64,000 nt of DNA from NCBI GenBank assembly GCA_041674805.1, contig JBAYVA010000004.1, positions 30,069 through 94,068 of the forward strand, read 5' to 3'. Shown piece by piece: positions 50,091-60,600 of the stretch. Source of the stretch: Candidatus Magasanikiibacteriota bacterium (GTDB lineage Bacteria > Patescibacteriota > Patescibacteriia > Magasanikbacterales > UBA922). Within the stretch, counting starts at the first letter, position 1; each line of letters starts with the position of its first letter. Made by a program: the position numbers and the translations under genes. The notes under the pieces were generated by a model. The model was not told the origin of the DNA. It made no database searches and was given only the letters and a program-made list of their open reading frames with translations.

Positions 50091-50130
50091 AAAGTTTACA
50101 AACTTTATGAACTTTATAACTTTACAAACT
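50091..50130. repeat. ACTTTAT-type right arm, inverted partner of 48628-48648
   Basis: actttataactttacaaact equals the reverse complement of agtttgtaaagttaataaagt with one indel. Confidence 0.7.
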
Positions 50131-50132
50131 AT

Positions 50133-51140
50133 ATGAAATATTTAATCACCGGCGGTGCTGGCTACATTGGTAGTCATGTCGTCAAACAATTGATTGACAA
50201 AAAAAACGATATTGTAATTGTAGATAATTTGTCTACTGGTTTACAAAAAACTATCAATACTTTGAAAAAATACGCTGACACCAAAAAAGTAAAATTAAGT
50301 TTTTATAAACTTGATTTGGCTGATAGCAAAAAATTGGAAACTGTTTTTGCCAAAGAAAAAGTTGCAGGTGTAATACATTTTGCTGCGAGTATTGTCGTGC
50401 CAGAATCAGTGATTGACCCTTTGAAATATTATGCTAATAATACGAGTAATACAATTAATTTGATCAAAGCTTGTTTGAAATATAAAGTAAACAAATTTAT
50501 TTTTAGTTCTACTGCTGCTGTCTATGGCGAGCTTGATGCAAAATATATTCCAGCCAAAGAAGATGGACCTGTTTCTCCTATCAATCCTTATGGACAAAGC
50601 AAACTTTTCAATGAAAAGATTATTCAAGATGTAGCTTTTGCTAATTCAAAATTTAAATATGTTATCTTGCGTTATTTCAATGTAGCTGGCGCCTGTCTAG
50701 ATGGCAGTATCGGACAGTCAAGTGAGAAAGCTACTTTACTAGTAAAAGTTTGTGCTGAAGTGGCACTTGGTAAACGCAAAAAATTAACATTATTTGGTAC
50801 TGATTACAAAACACCAGATGGTACTGCTATTCGTGATTATATTCACGTGGATGATTTGGCTTCTGCTCATATCAAAGCTTTGTCTTATTTGAACAAAAAT
50901 AAAAGTGATATTTTCAATTGTGGTTATGGCAAAGGTTTTTCTGTGCAAGAGGTCATAGATATGATGAAAAAAGTCAGTGGAGTTGATTTCAAAGTAGAAA
51001 AAGCAGGAAGACGTCCGGGTGATCCTGCTGTTCTTATTTCTGATAATAGTAAGATAAAAAATAAGATGGACTGGCAACCTAAGTATGATGATTTAGAAAT
51101 TATTTGTCGCACAGCGCTTGAGTGGGAGAAGAAAATTTAG
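50133..51140 (+). CDS. galE: UDP-glucose 4-epimerase
   Basis: TGGAGYIGSH, HFAA, FSSTAAVYG, YGQSK, LRYFNVAGA, RDYIHV. Confidence 0.95.
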   Translation: MKYLITGGAGYIGSHVVKQLIDKKNDIVIVDNLSTGLQKTINTLKKYADTKKVKLSFYKLDLADSKKLETVFAKEKVAGVIHFAASIVVPESVIDPLKYYANNTSNTINLIKACLKYKVNKFIFSSTAAVYGELDAKYIPAKEDGPVSPINPYGQSKLFNEKIIQDVAFANSKFKYVILRYFNVAGACLDGSIGQSSEKATLLVKVCAEVALGKRKKLTLFGTDYKTPDGTAIRDYIHVDDLASAHIKALSYLNKNKSDIFNCGYGKGFSVQEVIDMMKKVSGVDFKVEKAGRRPGDPAVLISDNSKIKNKMDWQPKYDDLEIICRTALEWEKKI

Positions 51141-51145
51141 TTATC

Positions 51146-51176
51146 AAAAGAGGTGTGTAAAAACACCTCTTTTTTT
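51146..51176 (+). terminator. Intrinsic terminator ending the glycan locus
   Basis: aaaagaggtgt/acacctctttttt. Confidence 0.75.
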
Positions 51177-51226
51177 ATAAATAATAATTTGTTATAATGG
51201 AAATATAATTTATATAAATAAAATAT

Positions 51227-51844
51227 ATGGAGGAAAACAAAAAAAGATTTTTTAAATTAGACATATTTTTTTGGTTATTTTTGCTAGCTGTGGCTGGTTA
51301 TTTTTTTTTGAAGAGTGCACCGCAGGCGACAGCACCAGATGATGAAAGTATGGTGACAAGTACTAGTGAGGTGAGTGCTGATTTACCAGAGGGTGTGACA
51401 GTGGAAAATTTGGGAGATGGTAATAAGTTGGTTAAGAATGAAAAGAATGATTATACTTTAAAAGTTAATGATGATATTTATTTGTATAAAGATTTTGAAG
51501 GAGATTTGAGAGTGCAAAATTATGAACAACCAAAAGAAGCTTATGGTGGTTCCCCTGGTTGTAGTGTTTCTATAACTCTTTTTCCTATAAAAACACAAGA
51601 AGAACTTAGAATTGAAGAAGAAAATAATTGTAAAAATATAATAGGTTTTGATTGTAAATCAGTACATGTAGAACAATTAAAATATAATAATATTGATTGG
51701 ATTAAAATTTATTCCCATGGTACTTATGTAGGTACAGATAATCCTTTAATTGTTACTAATAGAGAAGATAGTATGATAGGTCTATATTTTTCTTGTTCTA
51801 ATAAAAATTTTGTAGATAATATATTAAATAATTTTTCATTTTAA
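51227..51844 (+). CDS. Hypothetical single-TM exported protein
   Basis: N-terminal TM; four Cys in the extracellular part. Confidence 0.75.
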   Translation: MEENKKRFFKLDIFFWLFLLAVAGYFFLKSAPQATAPDDESMVTSTSEVSADLPEGVTVENLGDGNKLVKNEKNDYTLKVNDDIYLYKDFEGDLRVQNYEQPKEAYGGSPGCSVSITLFPIKTQEELRIEEENNCKNIIGFDCKSVHVEQLKYNNIDWIKIYSHGTYVGTDNPLIVTNREDSMIGLYFSCSNKNFVDNILNNFSF

Positions 51845-51854
51845 ATACAAAAAT

Positions 51855-54800
51855 ATGGAGGGGAAAAAGAAAAGTCTATTTTTTTTGTCAATAATAATAT
51901 TTTCTTTTTTATTTTTTAATTTAGTTAGTGCAGAAAATATTTTGAATGTGCCATTTATTTCACAGTACCCGCCAGGTACAAGTTGGAATTTTACTTTGAA
52001 TTGTGGTCCGACATCTTATTTAATGTTAGAATCATACTATACTAATAAAAAATTAGAAATACAATCTATAAAAGATATAGATGATTGGTTATATACAAAT
52101 TATAATAGACCAATTAATAATTACAATGGTTATTATACAGATACTGCTGATTTAAAAATATTAGCAACTGAATATGGTGATTTTACAGATGAAGATGTTA
52201 TAAAAACACGTTCGCTTGATGATATTAAGGAAGCTGTAAATAATAATTTTCCAGTTATTGTTGCAGTATATACAAATATGATGGCCTATAAAAATAGGAG
52301 TAATGGTCACTTCATGGTCCTCACTGGTATTACAGACGATACTGTTTATGTAAACGATCCTGGAAAAACTTATGGCAAGAACATGAGTTATAGTTTGGAA
52401 CAATTTCTTTATGCTTGGTCGCTGCAAAATAATGCGGCTCTTATTTTTTATCCACCAAATTCTGCTAATACAAAAAAATTAGATCAATTAGCACCTTATC
52501 TTTTGTTAAATAATAATTATAGTTATAATTCAGTTTTTAGTGAGATTTTTTCTAATTATACTAATATTTTTGATTTGAATAATTTAAAAGATCTAGAAGT
52601 AAAAGATAAAAAATTAGAAGAAAAACCATTGGAAGAAGATGTTAAGGTTTTTTATAATTCTGTTATAGAAGACAAAAATCTTAATTTACAGGCAAATGCA
52701 AATGAAGAATTGAATATTAAGTTGAAAGTAAAAAATACTTCTAATGTTTCTTGGGAAAGAAAAAATTTTTCTGTAAATGTTGTGGGAGGTGAAGTTCAAA
52801 ACAAAATTTTTTATCATAATTCTTGGATTACAAAATTACGACCAGCTTTGCAAAAAGAAAATATAGTTGAGTCAAATAATTTAGCTACTTTTGATTTTGT
52901 TATTCAAGCTCCTGACAAACCTGGTGATTATGTTTTTAAGTTGACGGTTGTTAGGCAATCTGGTAATAGTTTTAGTAATGTTGGTACAGATGTTTTTGTA
53001 TTGAATTTAGAAGTTTTAGAAGAAAAAAAAGTTGATGAAAAAATTGAAGCAGAACCTGAAAAAATAGTGATAGAAGAAAAAAAAGAAGAAATTGTTACCA
53101 AAGAAGAAGTTATTAAAAAAGAAGAGATAATTCAAAATAATTTTATTTCAAGTCCAAGCTATTCCTCTGGTTCTTCTTCTGGCTCTTCTTCAAATGGTTC
53201 AAATCAAAACAATGATGATGTTGTAAAATCATTTTTCTTTAATTTTGCTAGTTCTACACCAGTTATTACTAATCAATCAAAAGTTGTTTTTAATGGTGAA
53301 AAAACAAAAGAACTAACCAGATTAAAAATAAATAATTTGGATAGTTTGTTTTTTGATCAAGGTAATATTTGGTCTGTAGATTTTTCGTTACAAGAAGGAG
53401 ATAATAATATTTTGATGTCTTTTTTTGATGATACTTATGAAAATAGTGTAAGCGGCACTACGTATATTGCTCTTGATAGTACAGCCCCTGACAAACCTAT
53501 TTTGCAAGCTGTGGTAGTAGGTGATAATCAAAAACAAATCAATTTAACTTGGCAAAGTAATGATGTCGGTAGTGGAATTGATTATTATGTTTTGGAGTTC
53601 AAACAAAATAGTGTAGATGATTGGCAGTCTTTGGTGAGTAGTACTTTTGAAAATAGTTTTGTTTTTCCAGCAGAAATAGCGAAAGAATATTCTTTTAGAG
53701 TAAAAGCTTATGATAAATTAGGAAATGAGTCTTTGTGGAGTAATGATGGACAAGAAGAAATTATTTCTGTAGATTGGTCAAAAGAAGTAGTGATAAATGA
53801 GATAGCTTATGCTCCCACATATTCAAACAATTGTGGTGGTGAATGGATAGAATTGTATAATCCAGGATCAACAGATATTGATTTGTCTGGTTGGAAGTTG
53901 GAAATTTTGGATAGTAGTTCTTCTAGTACTGTAGATCTTACGGGTTTTGTGAGTAGTACTTCTTACAAAGTTATTCCAATTTCTAATATGTCAGATATTG
54001 GAGCCAAAATTACCTTAAAAAATTCTTTAGGTAATATTGTAGATGAGACTGATCAAAGTTTGGGTTGGTTTCCTACGTTGAATACTAATCATTCTCGTTC
54101 TTTGGAAAGAATTAATTTTGAAAGATCAGGTAATTTTCATAGTAATTGGCGAGAAAATAATTCACTTAAATTTTCTTTTTCAAATAGTAGTTGTGGTGAA
54201 AATTATTCTAGTCAAGGTTTTGATAATAATAGTTTTTATTTTTTATCAAAAAATTTAGATAGAGATTATGTTTTTTCAAATTCTTCTACTGATAATTTTG
54301 TTTTGACTTTGACCAAAGATCATAATCCTTATATTTTGTCGCAAGAAGTAGTATTACCATCTAATTACACTCTTATTTTAGAACCGGGTGTCGTCGTCGT
54401 TGGTATTGATAAAGATTCTGTTTTGAAAGTAAGTGGCAAATTGCAAATAAATGGTACAGAAGATGATCCTGTTTATTTTACTTCAGCACGTGATAAAACA
54501 GTGGCTGATTGGTATGCTTTGGGTAATCCAAGCAATAAATTAGCTGCCGGTGATCCTGCTCCTGGTGATTGGAGTGCCATTGTGGTAAAAGGTGGTGTTG
54601 TTGAAGCAAATTATGCCAATTTTTGGTATGGAGGAAGTACTTATAGAGATGGTAGTTGTTATGTGTGTTATAGTCAAGTTGTGATTCGTAATGAATCTGG
54701 AACTGTAAAAGTAACTAATTCAAATTTTGATAACATTTTTTTGAAAGATGATTATTCCGATCATCAAGATGCTTATATTTGGGATGGTGGAGGTAATATT

Positions 54801-55694
54801 GAAGTGGATAATACTATTTTTAATAATGGTTATTATTCTTTAGTTAGTTCCTATGGTTCTAATATAAATTTTACCAATAATGTAATTAGCAATTTTACAT
54901 TTCAGCCAGTTTCACCGGTAGTTTTGACTAGTAATGGTACTAATATTGTAAAGTGGTCAAATAATAGTTTGATAGATAATAATAACAATTTTGTGACATT
55001 ACCAGCTTTGGAGGTAAATGAAGATTATACTTTGACTACAGATGTAAATAATGTATATTTTATGGGAATAAATGTGACTTCTACAGCGACTTTAAATGTT
55101 TTACCTGGTGTTCATATAAATTTATTTGATAAACGTTTTTTGAAAGTAGAAGGAAATTTGCAAGCTTTGGGTACATCTGAAAATCCAATAGAGGTTTGTC
55201 CTTATGCTGTTTGTGGTGGTATTTGGTTACAAGATTCTCAAGGTAGTAAATTGTCTTTTGTTAATTTGAAAAATGGTGGTTATCATGATAATAGAGAGTA
55301 TCCTTATGATTATCTTTCAAAATATTATTCACCTTTTTGGTTAGTGAATTCAAAAGTAGAAATGGATAATGTAAATATTTTTGATAGCCGTTTTCCAAAT
55401 GCTTATAGTATTTGTAGTTTGAATAGTGATTTGCAAATCAAAGATTCTAATTTAGGTTGGACTGTAAAAAGAGATTATACTATTATTGGTGGAATTTATT
55501 TTTATGGTGGAAATTTATTTTTAGATAATACAAATTTTCATTTTAATAAATATGCTATTGATGCAAGTAAAGGAGATGGTGTTGTAACTTATGAAAATAT
55601 GAGTCCTGCTAATTTTATCAATAGTTTGCCGGCTAATGGATTCAAAAATTGGTTACCAGCAAGTTTGTTTCCTTTTGTTATTGAATATTGGTAG
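51855..55694 (+). CDS. Large secreted protein: C39-like peptidase + Ig-like + FN3 + lamin-tail domain + beta-helix
   Basis: Signal peptide; LNVPFISQ, NCGPTS, GHFMV, VNDP; YSFRVKAYDKLGN; VVINEI..EWIELYN; GTEDDPVYFTS. Confidence 0.8.
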   Translation: MEGKKKSLFFLSIIIFSFLFFNLVSAENILNVPFISQYPPGTSWNFTLNCGPTSYLMLESYYTNKKLEIQSIKDIDDWLYTNYNRPINNYNGYYTDTADLKILATEYGDFTDEDVIKTRSLDDIKEAVNNNFPVIVAVYTNMMAYKNRSNGHFMVLTGITDDTVYVNDPGKTYGKNMSYSLEQFLYAWSLQNNAALIFYPPNSANTKKLDQLAPYLLLNNNYSYNSVFSEIFSNYTNIFDLNNLKDLEVKDKKLEEKPLEEDVKVFYNSVIEDKNLNLQANANEELNIKLKVKNTSNVSWERKNFSVNVVGGEVQNKIFYHNSWITKLRPALQKENIVESNNLATFDFVIQAPDKPGDYVFKLTVVRQSGNSFSNVGTDVFVLNLEVLEEKKVDEKIEAEPEKIVIEEKKEEIVTKEEVIKKEEIIQNNFISSPSYSSGSSSGSSSNGSNQNNDDVVKSFFFNFASSTPVITNQSKVVFNGEKTKELTRLKINNLDSLFFDQGNIWSVDFSLQEGDNNILMSFFDDTYENSVSGTTYIALDSTAPDKPILQAVVVGDNQKQINLTWQSNDVGSGIDYYVLEFKQNSVDDWQSLVSSTFENSFVFPAEIAKEYSFRVKAYDKLGNESLWSNDGQEEIISVDWSKEVVINEIAYAPTYSNNCGGEWIELYNPGSTDIDLSGWKLEILDSSSSSTVDLTGFVSSTSYKVIPISNMSDIGAKITLKNSLGNIVDETDQSLGWFPTLNTNHSRSLERINFERSGNFHSNWRENNSLKFSFSNSSCGENYSSQGFDNNSFYFLSKNLDRDYVFSNSSTDNFVLTLTKDHNPYILSQEVVLPSNYTLILEPGVVVVGIDKDSVLKVSGKLQINGTEDDPVYFTSARDKTVADWYALGNPSNKLAAGDPAPGDWSAIVVKGGVVEANYANFWYGGSTYRDGSCYVCYSQVVIRNESGTVKVTNSNFDNIFLKDDYSDHQDAYIWDGGGNIEVDNTIFNNGYYSLVSSYGSNINFTNNVISNFTFQPVSPVVLTSNGTNIVKWSNNSLIDNNNNFVTLPALEVNEDYTLTTDVNNVYFMGINVTSTATLNVLPGVHINLFDKRFLKVEGNLQALGTSENPIEVCPYAVCGGIWLQDSQGSKLSFVNLKNGGYHDNREYPYDYLSKYYSPFWLVNSKVEMDNVNIFDSRFPNAYSICSLNSDLQIKDSNLGWTVKRDYTIIGGIYFYGGNLFLDNTNFHFNKYAIDASKGDGVVTYENMSPANFINSLPANGFKNWLPASLFPFVIEYW

Positions 55695-55876
55695 ATATAT
55701 TAGTGAAATTTTTATGTATATTTAAGCTCCAAAATTCAGCTTGAAGCGATTTTGTTTTTAGAGTATAATTACTATCGTAAAATTTAAGATCATAAATCCT
55801 AAATTAAAAATCAGATTTTTGATTAAACCTATTTTTACCTAGTACCTAACACCTAATATCTAAAACCTAAAAAAAT

Positions 55877-57313
55877 ATGGAAAAACAAACCAAAATTGTC
55901 TGTACTATTGGACCTTCTTGTGAAGATGTAGAAACTCTTGAAAAGATGGTAAGGGCGGGGATGAATGTAGCTAGACTCAATTTTTCACACGGCACTTATG
56001 AAAATCATGCAATGCTTATAAAAAATATTCGTGAAGTAGCTGAGAAGACTGGTGAACCTGTTGCGATTTTGCAAGATTTGTCAGGACCAAAAATTAGAAT
56101 AGAAAAAGTTGCCGAAGAAGGTGTGAATTTGGTAGAAGGGGCTGAAGTAATTTTTTCTACAGATCCTTCTGACAAAGATGCTATTCAAGTTGGTTACAAA
56201 GAGTTGCATAAGTTTATCAAAAAAGGTGAAGCCATGTTTCTCGATGATGGTAAAATAGAAGTCGTAGTAAAAGAAGTTCAAGACAAAAAAATTATTACAA
56301 AAGTTGTCGTTGCTGGAGTTTTGTTTTCCAACAAAGGTATCAATATTCCTAAGACTGATTTGACAGGATTAGAAGTTTTGACAGAAAAAGATAAAGCTGA
56401 TGCAAAATTTGGTGTAGAACAAGGAGTAGATATGATTGCTTTGTCTTTTGTAATGCGTCCAGATGATATTCTTGATTTACGTTATCATATCAAACAGATG
56501 GAATTAGAATTGGGTATAGAGCCTCATGATCCTATAAAGATTATCGCCAAAATAGAAAAAGCTGAAGCTGTAAAACATATCAAAGATATTATTCAAGTGA
56601 CTGATGGTATCATGGTAGCTCGTGGAGATTTGGGAGTTGAAATTCCTGCGGAAGAAGTGCCAATTGTGCAGAAAAAATTGATAGATATTGCTCTTGAAAA
56701 TGCCAAACCGGTGATTGTTGCTACTCAAATGCTTGATTCGATGCAAAATAATCCTCGTCCTACTCGTGCGGAAGTTTCTGATGTTGCCAATGCTGTGATT
56801 GATCACACAGACGCTGTAATGCTTTCTAATGAAACTGCAACTGGAAAATATCCAGTTGAAACTGTTTCGATGATGAGTAAAATTATCAAAGAAACAGAAA
56901 AATCAGAATATACCAAATTGTTTATTCGTGAACCAAAAGAAAAGACAAACAAAATAGACGACGTTATAAGTGGATTGTCCCGTCTTGTTGCTGAAGATGT
57001 GGGGGCTGATCTTATTTTGGCAGCTTCTTTATCTGGAGAAACTGGTCGTTTGATTTCTCGTTATCGTCCAAAATTTCCGATTGCAGTAGCAACCAATAGT
57101 AAGTTGGTTTCACATCAATTGAATTTATCTTGGGGTGTCTTGCCTTTTGAAGTGATTGAATGTAAAAGTATTGAAGAATTAGTTGAGCGTTCTATGACTC
57201 ATTTACGTGAGAAAAAAATAATCAAATCAGGTGATAGAATTATTGTGGTAGCTGGTGAACCTGTTGGTCATGCTGGTTTTGTTAATTTGCTTGAAGTGAG
57301 GGAAGTGAAGTAA
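55877..57313 (+). CDS. pyk: Pyruvate kinase
   Basis: TKIVCTIGP, ARLNFSHG, IAKIE, MVARGDLGVE, ATQMLDSM..NPRPTRAE. Confidence 0.97.
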   Translation: MEKQTKIVCTIGPSCEDVETLEKMVRAGMNVARLNFSHGTYENHAMLIKNIREVAEKTGEPVAILQDLSGPKIRIEKVAEEGVNLVEGAEVIFSTDPSDKDAIQVGYKELHKFIKKGEAMFLDDGKIEVVVKEVQDKKIITKVVVAGVLFSNKGINIPKTDLTGLEVLTEKDKADAKFGVEQGVDMIALSFVMRPDDILDLRYHIKQMELELGIEPHDPIKIIAKIEKAEAVKHIKDIIQVTDGIMVARGDLGVEIPAEEVPIVQKKLIDIALENAKPVIVATQMLDSMQNNPRPTRAEVSDVANAVIDHTDAVMLSNETATGKYPVETVSMMSKIIKETEKSEYTKLFIREPKEKTNKIDDVISGLSRLVAEDVGADLILAASLSGETGRLISRYRPKFPIAVATNSKLVSHQLNLSWGVLPFEVIECKSIEELVERSMTHLREKKIIKSGDRIIVVAGEPVGHAGFVNLLEVREVK

Positions 57314-57320
57314 AGTAAAG

Positions 57321-57526
57321 GCATAAAATGCCCGAAAGGCAAGAAAGGCTAGTAACCTACATATAAATAAAAGAATTAGATTTTATAAATAATAATCAGT
57401 TTAAATATATAAAAAATAAACGTGGTGAAATCGTTTTTCTATTTTTTAAATTAATCAAGTCCTTGGAAATCCAAAAGGATTAGTCAAACTCGTAAAAGCC
57501 TTTTAGGCCTTTTGGGCATTTTAAGC
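57321..57526. repeat. MITE-like element: ~30-bp imperfect terminal inverted repeats of 9-mers around ~145 bp of AT-rich sequence
   Basis: gcataaaatgcccgaaaggcaagaaaggct (57321-57350) / agccttttaggccttttgggcattttaagc (57497-57526). Confidence 0.7.
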
Positions 57527-57604
57527 ATTTCAAGCCTTATTACTATTTTGTAAATTTTCATTTTTTGTGCTATAATAAAAACATCTAATTTTTAACTATT
57601 TTTT

Positions 57605-60600
57605 ATGTTAAAAAACCGCGAAAAAAAATTGCAGATCGCGGAACAAAATACTAATAAAAATAACGTGGCTAGAGATAGCAAACGTGTTTTGTGGTTTGAT
57701 GAAATTGGTATCAAAGATATACCACTTGTTGGTGGTAAAAATGCTAGTCTTGGTGAAATGTACAACAATTTGAGTAAAAAAGGTATTAGTGTTCCAAATG
57801 GTTTTGCTGTAACATCTTTTAGTTACTGGGAATTTTTGGACAAAACTGGTTTGAAACAAAAAATAAAAAATGTTGTCAAAGATTTGAATATAAATGACAT
57901 AAAAAATTTATCTCAAGTTGGTGCAAAAATTAGAAAAATGATTTTGGCTGAAAAACTTCCAAAAGAATTAGCCAAAGAAATTGATACTGCTTATACACAA
58001 TTATCCAAAGAACAAAAAATAAATAATATTGCTGTGGCAGTACGTTCTTCTGCTACTGCTGAAGATTTGCCTGATGCTAGTTTTGCTGGTCAACAAGAAA
58101 CTTATTTAAATATTGTTGGTAAAAATGATTTACAGTTGGCTGTCAAAAAATGTATTGCTTCACTTTTTACTGATAGAGCTATTTCTTATCGTGAAACCAA
58201 AGGTTTTGATCATCTTGATGTGGCTTTGTCTGTGACTGTACAAATTATGGTCGGTTCTGAATCTGGTGCTAGTGGTGTGATGTTTACGCTAGATACAGAG
58301 TCTGGTTTTCCTGGAGTTGTACTTATCAATGCCTCTTATGGTCTTGGTGAATATGTAGTAAAGGGTAGAGTTACTCCTGATCAATTTTATGTTTTCAAAG
58401 AAGGTCTGAAAAATGGCAAAAAATCTGTTATTAGTAAAATTCTGGGTACCAAAGAAGTAAAGCTTGTTTATGGTAAGACAGGAACAAAGCAAATGACAGT
58501 ACCAAAATTACAACAAAATAAATTTTCTATTACCGAAGACGAAGTTTTACAATTGGCCAAATGGGGTGTAGAAATTGAAGAATATTACAAAAAACATCAA
58601 GATATTGAATGGGCCAAAGATGGTAAAACTGGCAAATTGTATATTGTCCAAGCTCGTCCTGAAACAGTGAAAGCTAATGTAGACAAAGCTTTTATTGAGA
58701 CATATATTTTAAACAAAAAAGGTAAAGTATTACTTACAGGTACTTCTGTCGGTCAAAAGATTGGTGCTGGCAAAGTGCGTGTAATAGACAATCCAAAACA
58801 AATGAAACTTTTCAAAAAAGGTGAAGTTTTGGTGACTAGAATTACTGATCCAGATTGGGAGCCAATTATGCGTATTGCTTCAGCTATTGTGACTGAACAA
58901 GGTGGCAAGACTTCTCATGCGGCTATCGTTTCTCGTGAACTTGGCGTACCTTGTGTGGTTGGTGCCAAAAATGCTCGTAAAATTTTGAAAACAGGTGAAA
59001 AAGTAACTGTTAGTTGTACTGGCGGGGATGAAGGAACTATTTACAAAGAAATGTTGCCATTTGAAGTACAAAAAACTGAAATTAAACAAGTAGACAAAAC
59101 TAATACCAAAATCATGATGAATGTTGGTGATCCTGATAATGCTTTTTCTTTGTCATTTTTACCAAATGATGGTGTAGGCCTTGCTCGTGAAGAATTTATT
59201 TTTAGTAATTTTATTCGTATTCATCCTTTGGCTCTTGTTAATTATGATAAATTGAAAGATAAAAAAGCCAAAGAACAAATAGCTGAAATTACTCGTGGCT
59301 ATGACAAAAAGACAGATTATGCTGTAGACAAATTAGCTGAAGGTATTGCTCGTATTTCAGCGGCTTTTTATCCAAAAGATGTGATTGTCCGTTTGTCAGA
59401 TTTCAAAACAAATGAATATGCTACTCTTATTGGTGGCAAAGAATTTGAACCAAAAGAAGAAAATCCAATGCTTGGTTGGCGTGGAGCTAGTAGATATTAT
59501 TCCAAAGAATACAAACCAGGTTTCAAATTAGAATGTGAAGCTATCAAAAAAGTTCGTGAAGAATGGGGATTAAAAAATCTTATTGTCATGATTCCATTTT
59601 GTCGTACACCAGAAGAAGGACAAAAAGTATTAGATACCATGAAAGAATTTGGTCTTGAGCGTGGCCGCGAAGATTTGCAAGTTTATGTGATGTGTGAAAT
59701 TCCATCGAACGTTATTTTGGCAGATGATTTTGCTCAAATGTTTGATGGTTTTAGTATTGGTTCCAATGATTTGACACAGCTTACTTTGGGTGTAGATAGA
59801 GATTCTGCTTTGGTTAGTCATGTTTATAATGAAAGAAATCAAGCAGTAACAAAACTTATCAAAGATGTTATTAGAACTGCTCACAAACACAAACGTAAAG
59901 TTGGTATTTGTGGACAAGCTCCAAGTGATTATCCAGAGTTTGCTGAAATGCTCGTGCGTGAAGGTATTGATAGTATTTCTCTCAACCCAGATACCGTGAT
60001 TTCTACACGTGAACGTATTTCTTTTACTGAAAAAACTTTAGGTAAAAAAGGTCATAAAACACATAAAACTTATTTAGGTTTGGTGACTTTGCTTGGTATT
60101 ATTTCTGCTTTTACTATGACTTTGGGTGCTGGTTGTAATTTGTCACAAGATGTAAGTCAAAACAACAAAGCTGTAATTCAAGAAATCACACCTTCTCAAA
60201 TTCGTGAAAATGCTGAAAAAAGAATGCAAGAAAAAAAATCTCAAGAAAAATTGCAATTGACTCAGACTATTAGTATGGCAGATTTTGCTAATTTCAATTT
60301 TAAATATCCTCAAGAGTGGACTGTGAATTATTGGAATGGGGGAGTAACAGTATTTAATTCTAGTTCTAGTGAATATGTGAGTGTTTTCAAACAATTAGTA
60401 GCTCATCCTATTGCTCTTGAACAAAAAGAAAAAATAACTATAGCTGGTCGTGAAGCTTTCAAATATACTCAAGCTATTGTCAGTAGTACCAAATCTTTTA
60501 CTGTAGTTGAAGTAAATATGGGTGATTATATTTTGGAAATGAATAGTGATGCTCCAAATTTTGTAGAAATGCTCAATACTTTCCAGTTTACTAGTTCTAG

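Noticed and set aside
53150-53200. tcttct/ggttct low-complexity repeats
   Set aside because: They simply encode a Ser/Gly linker.
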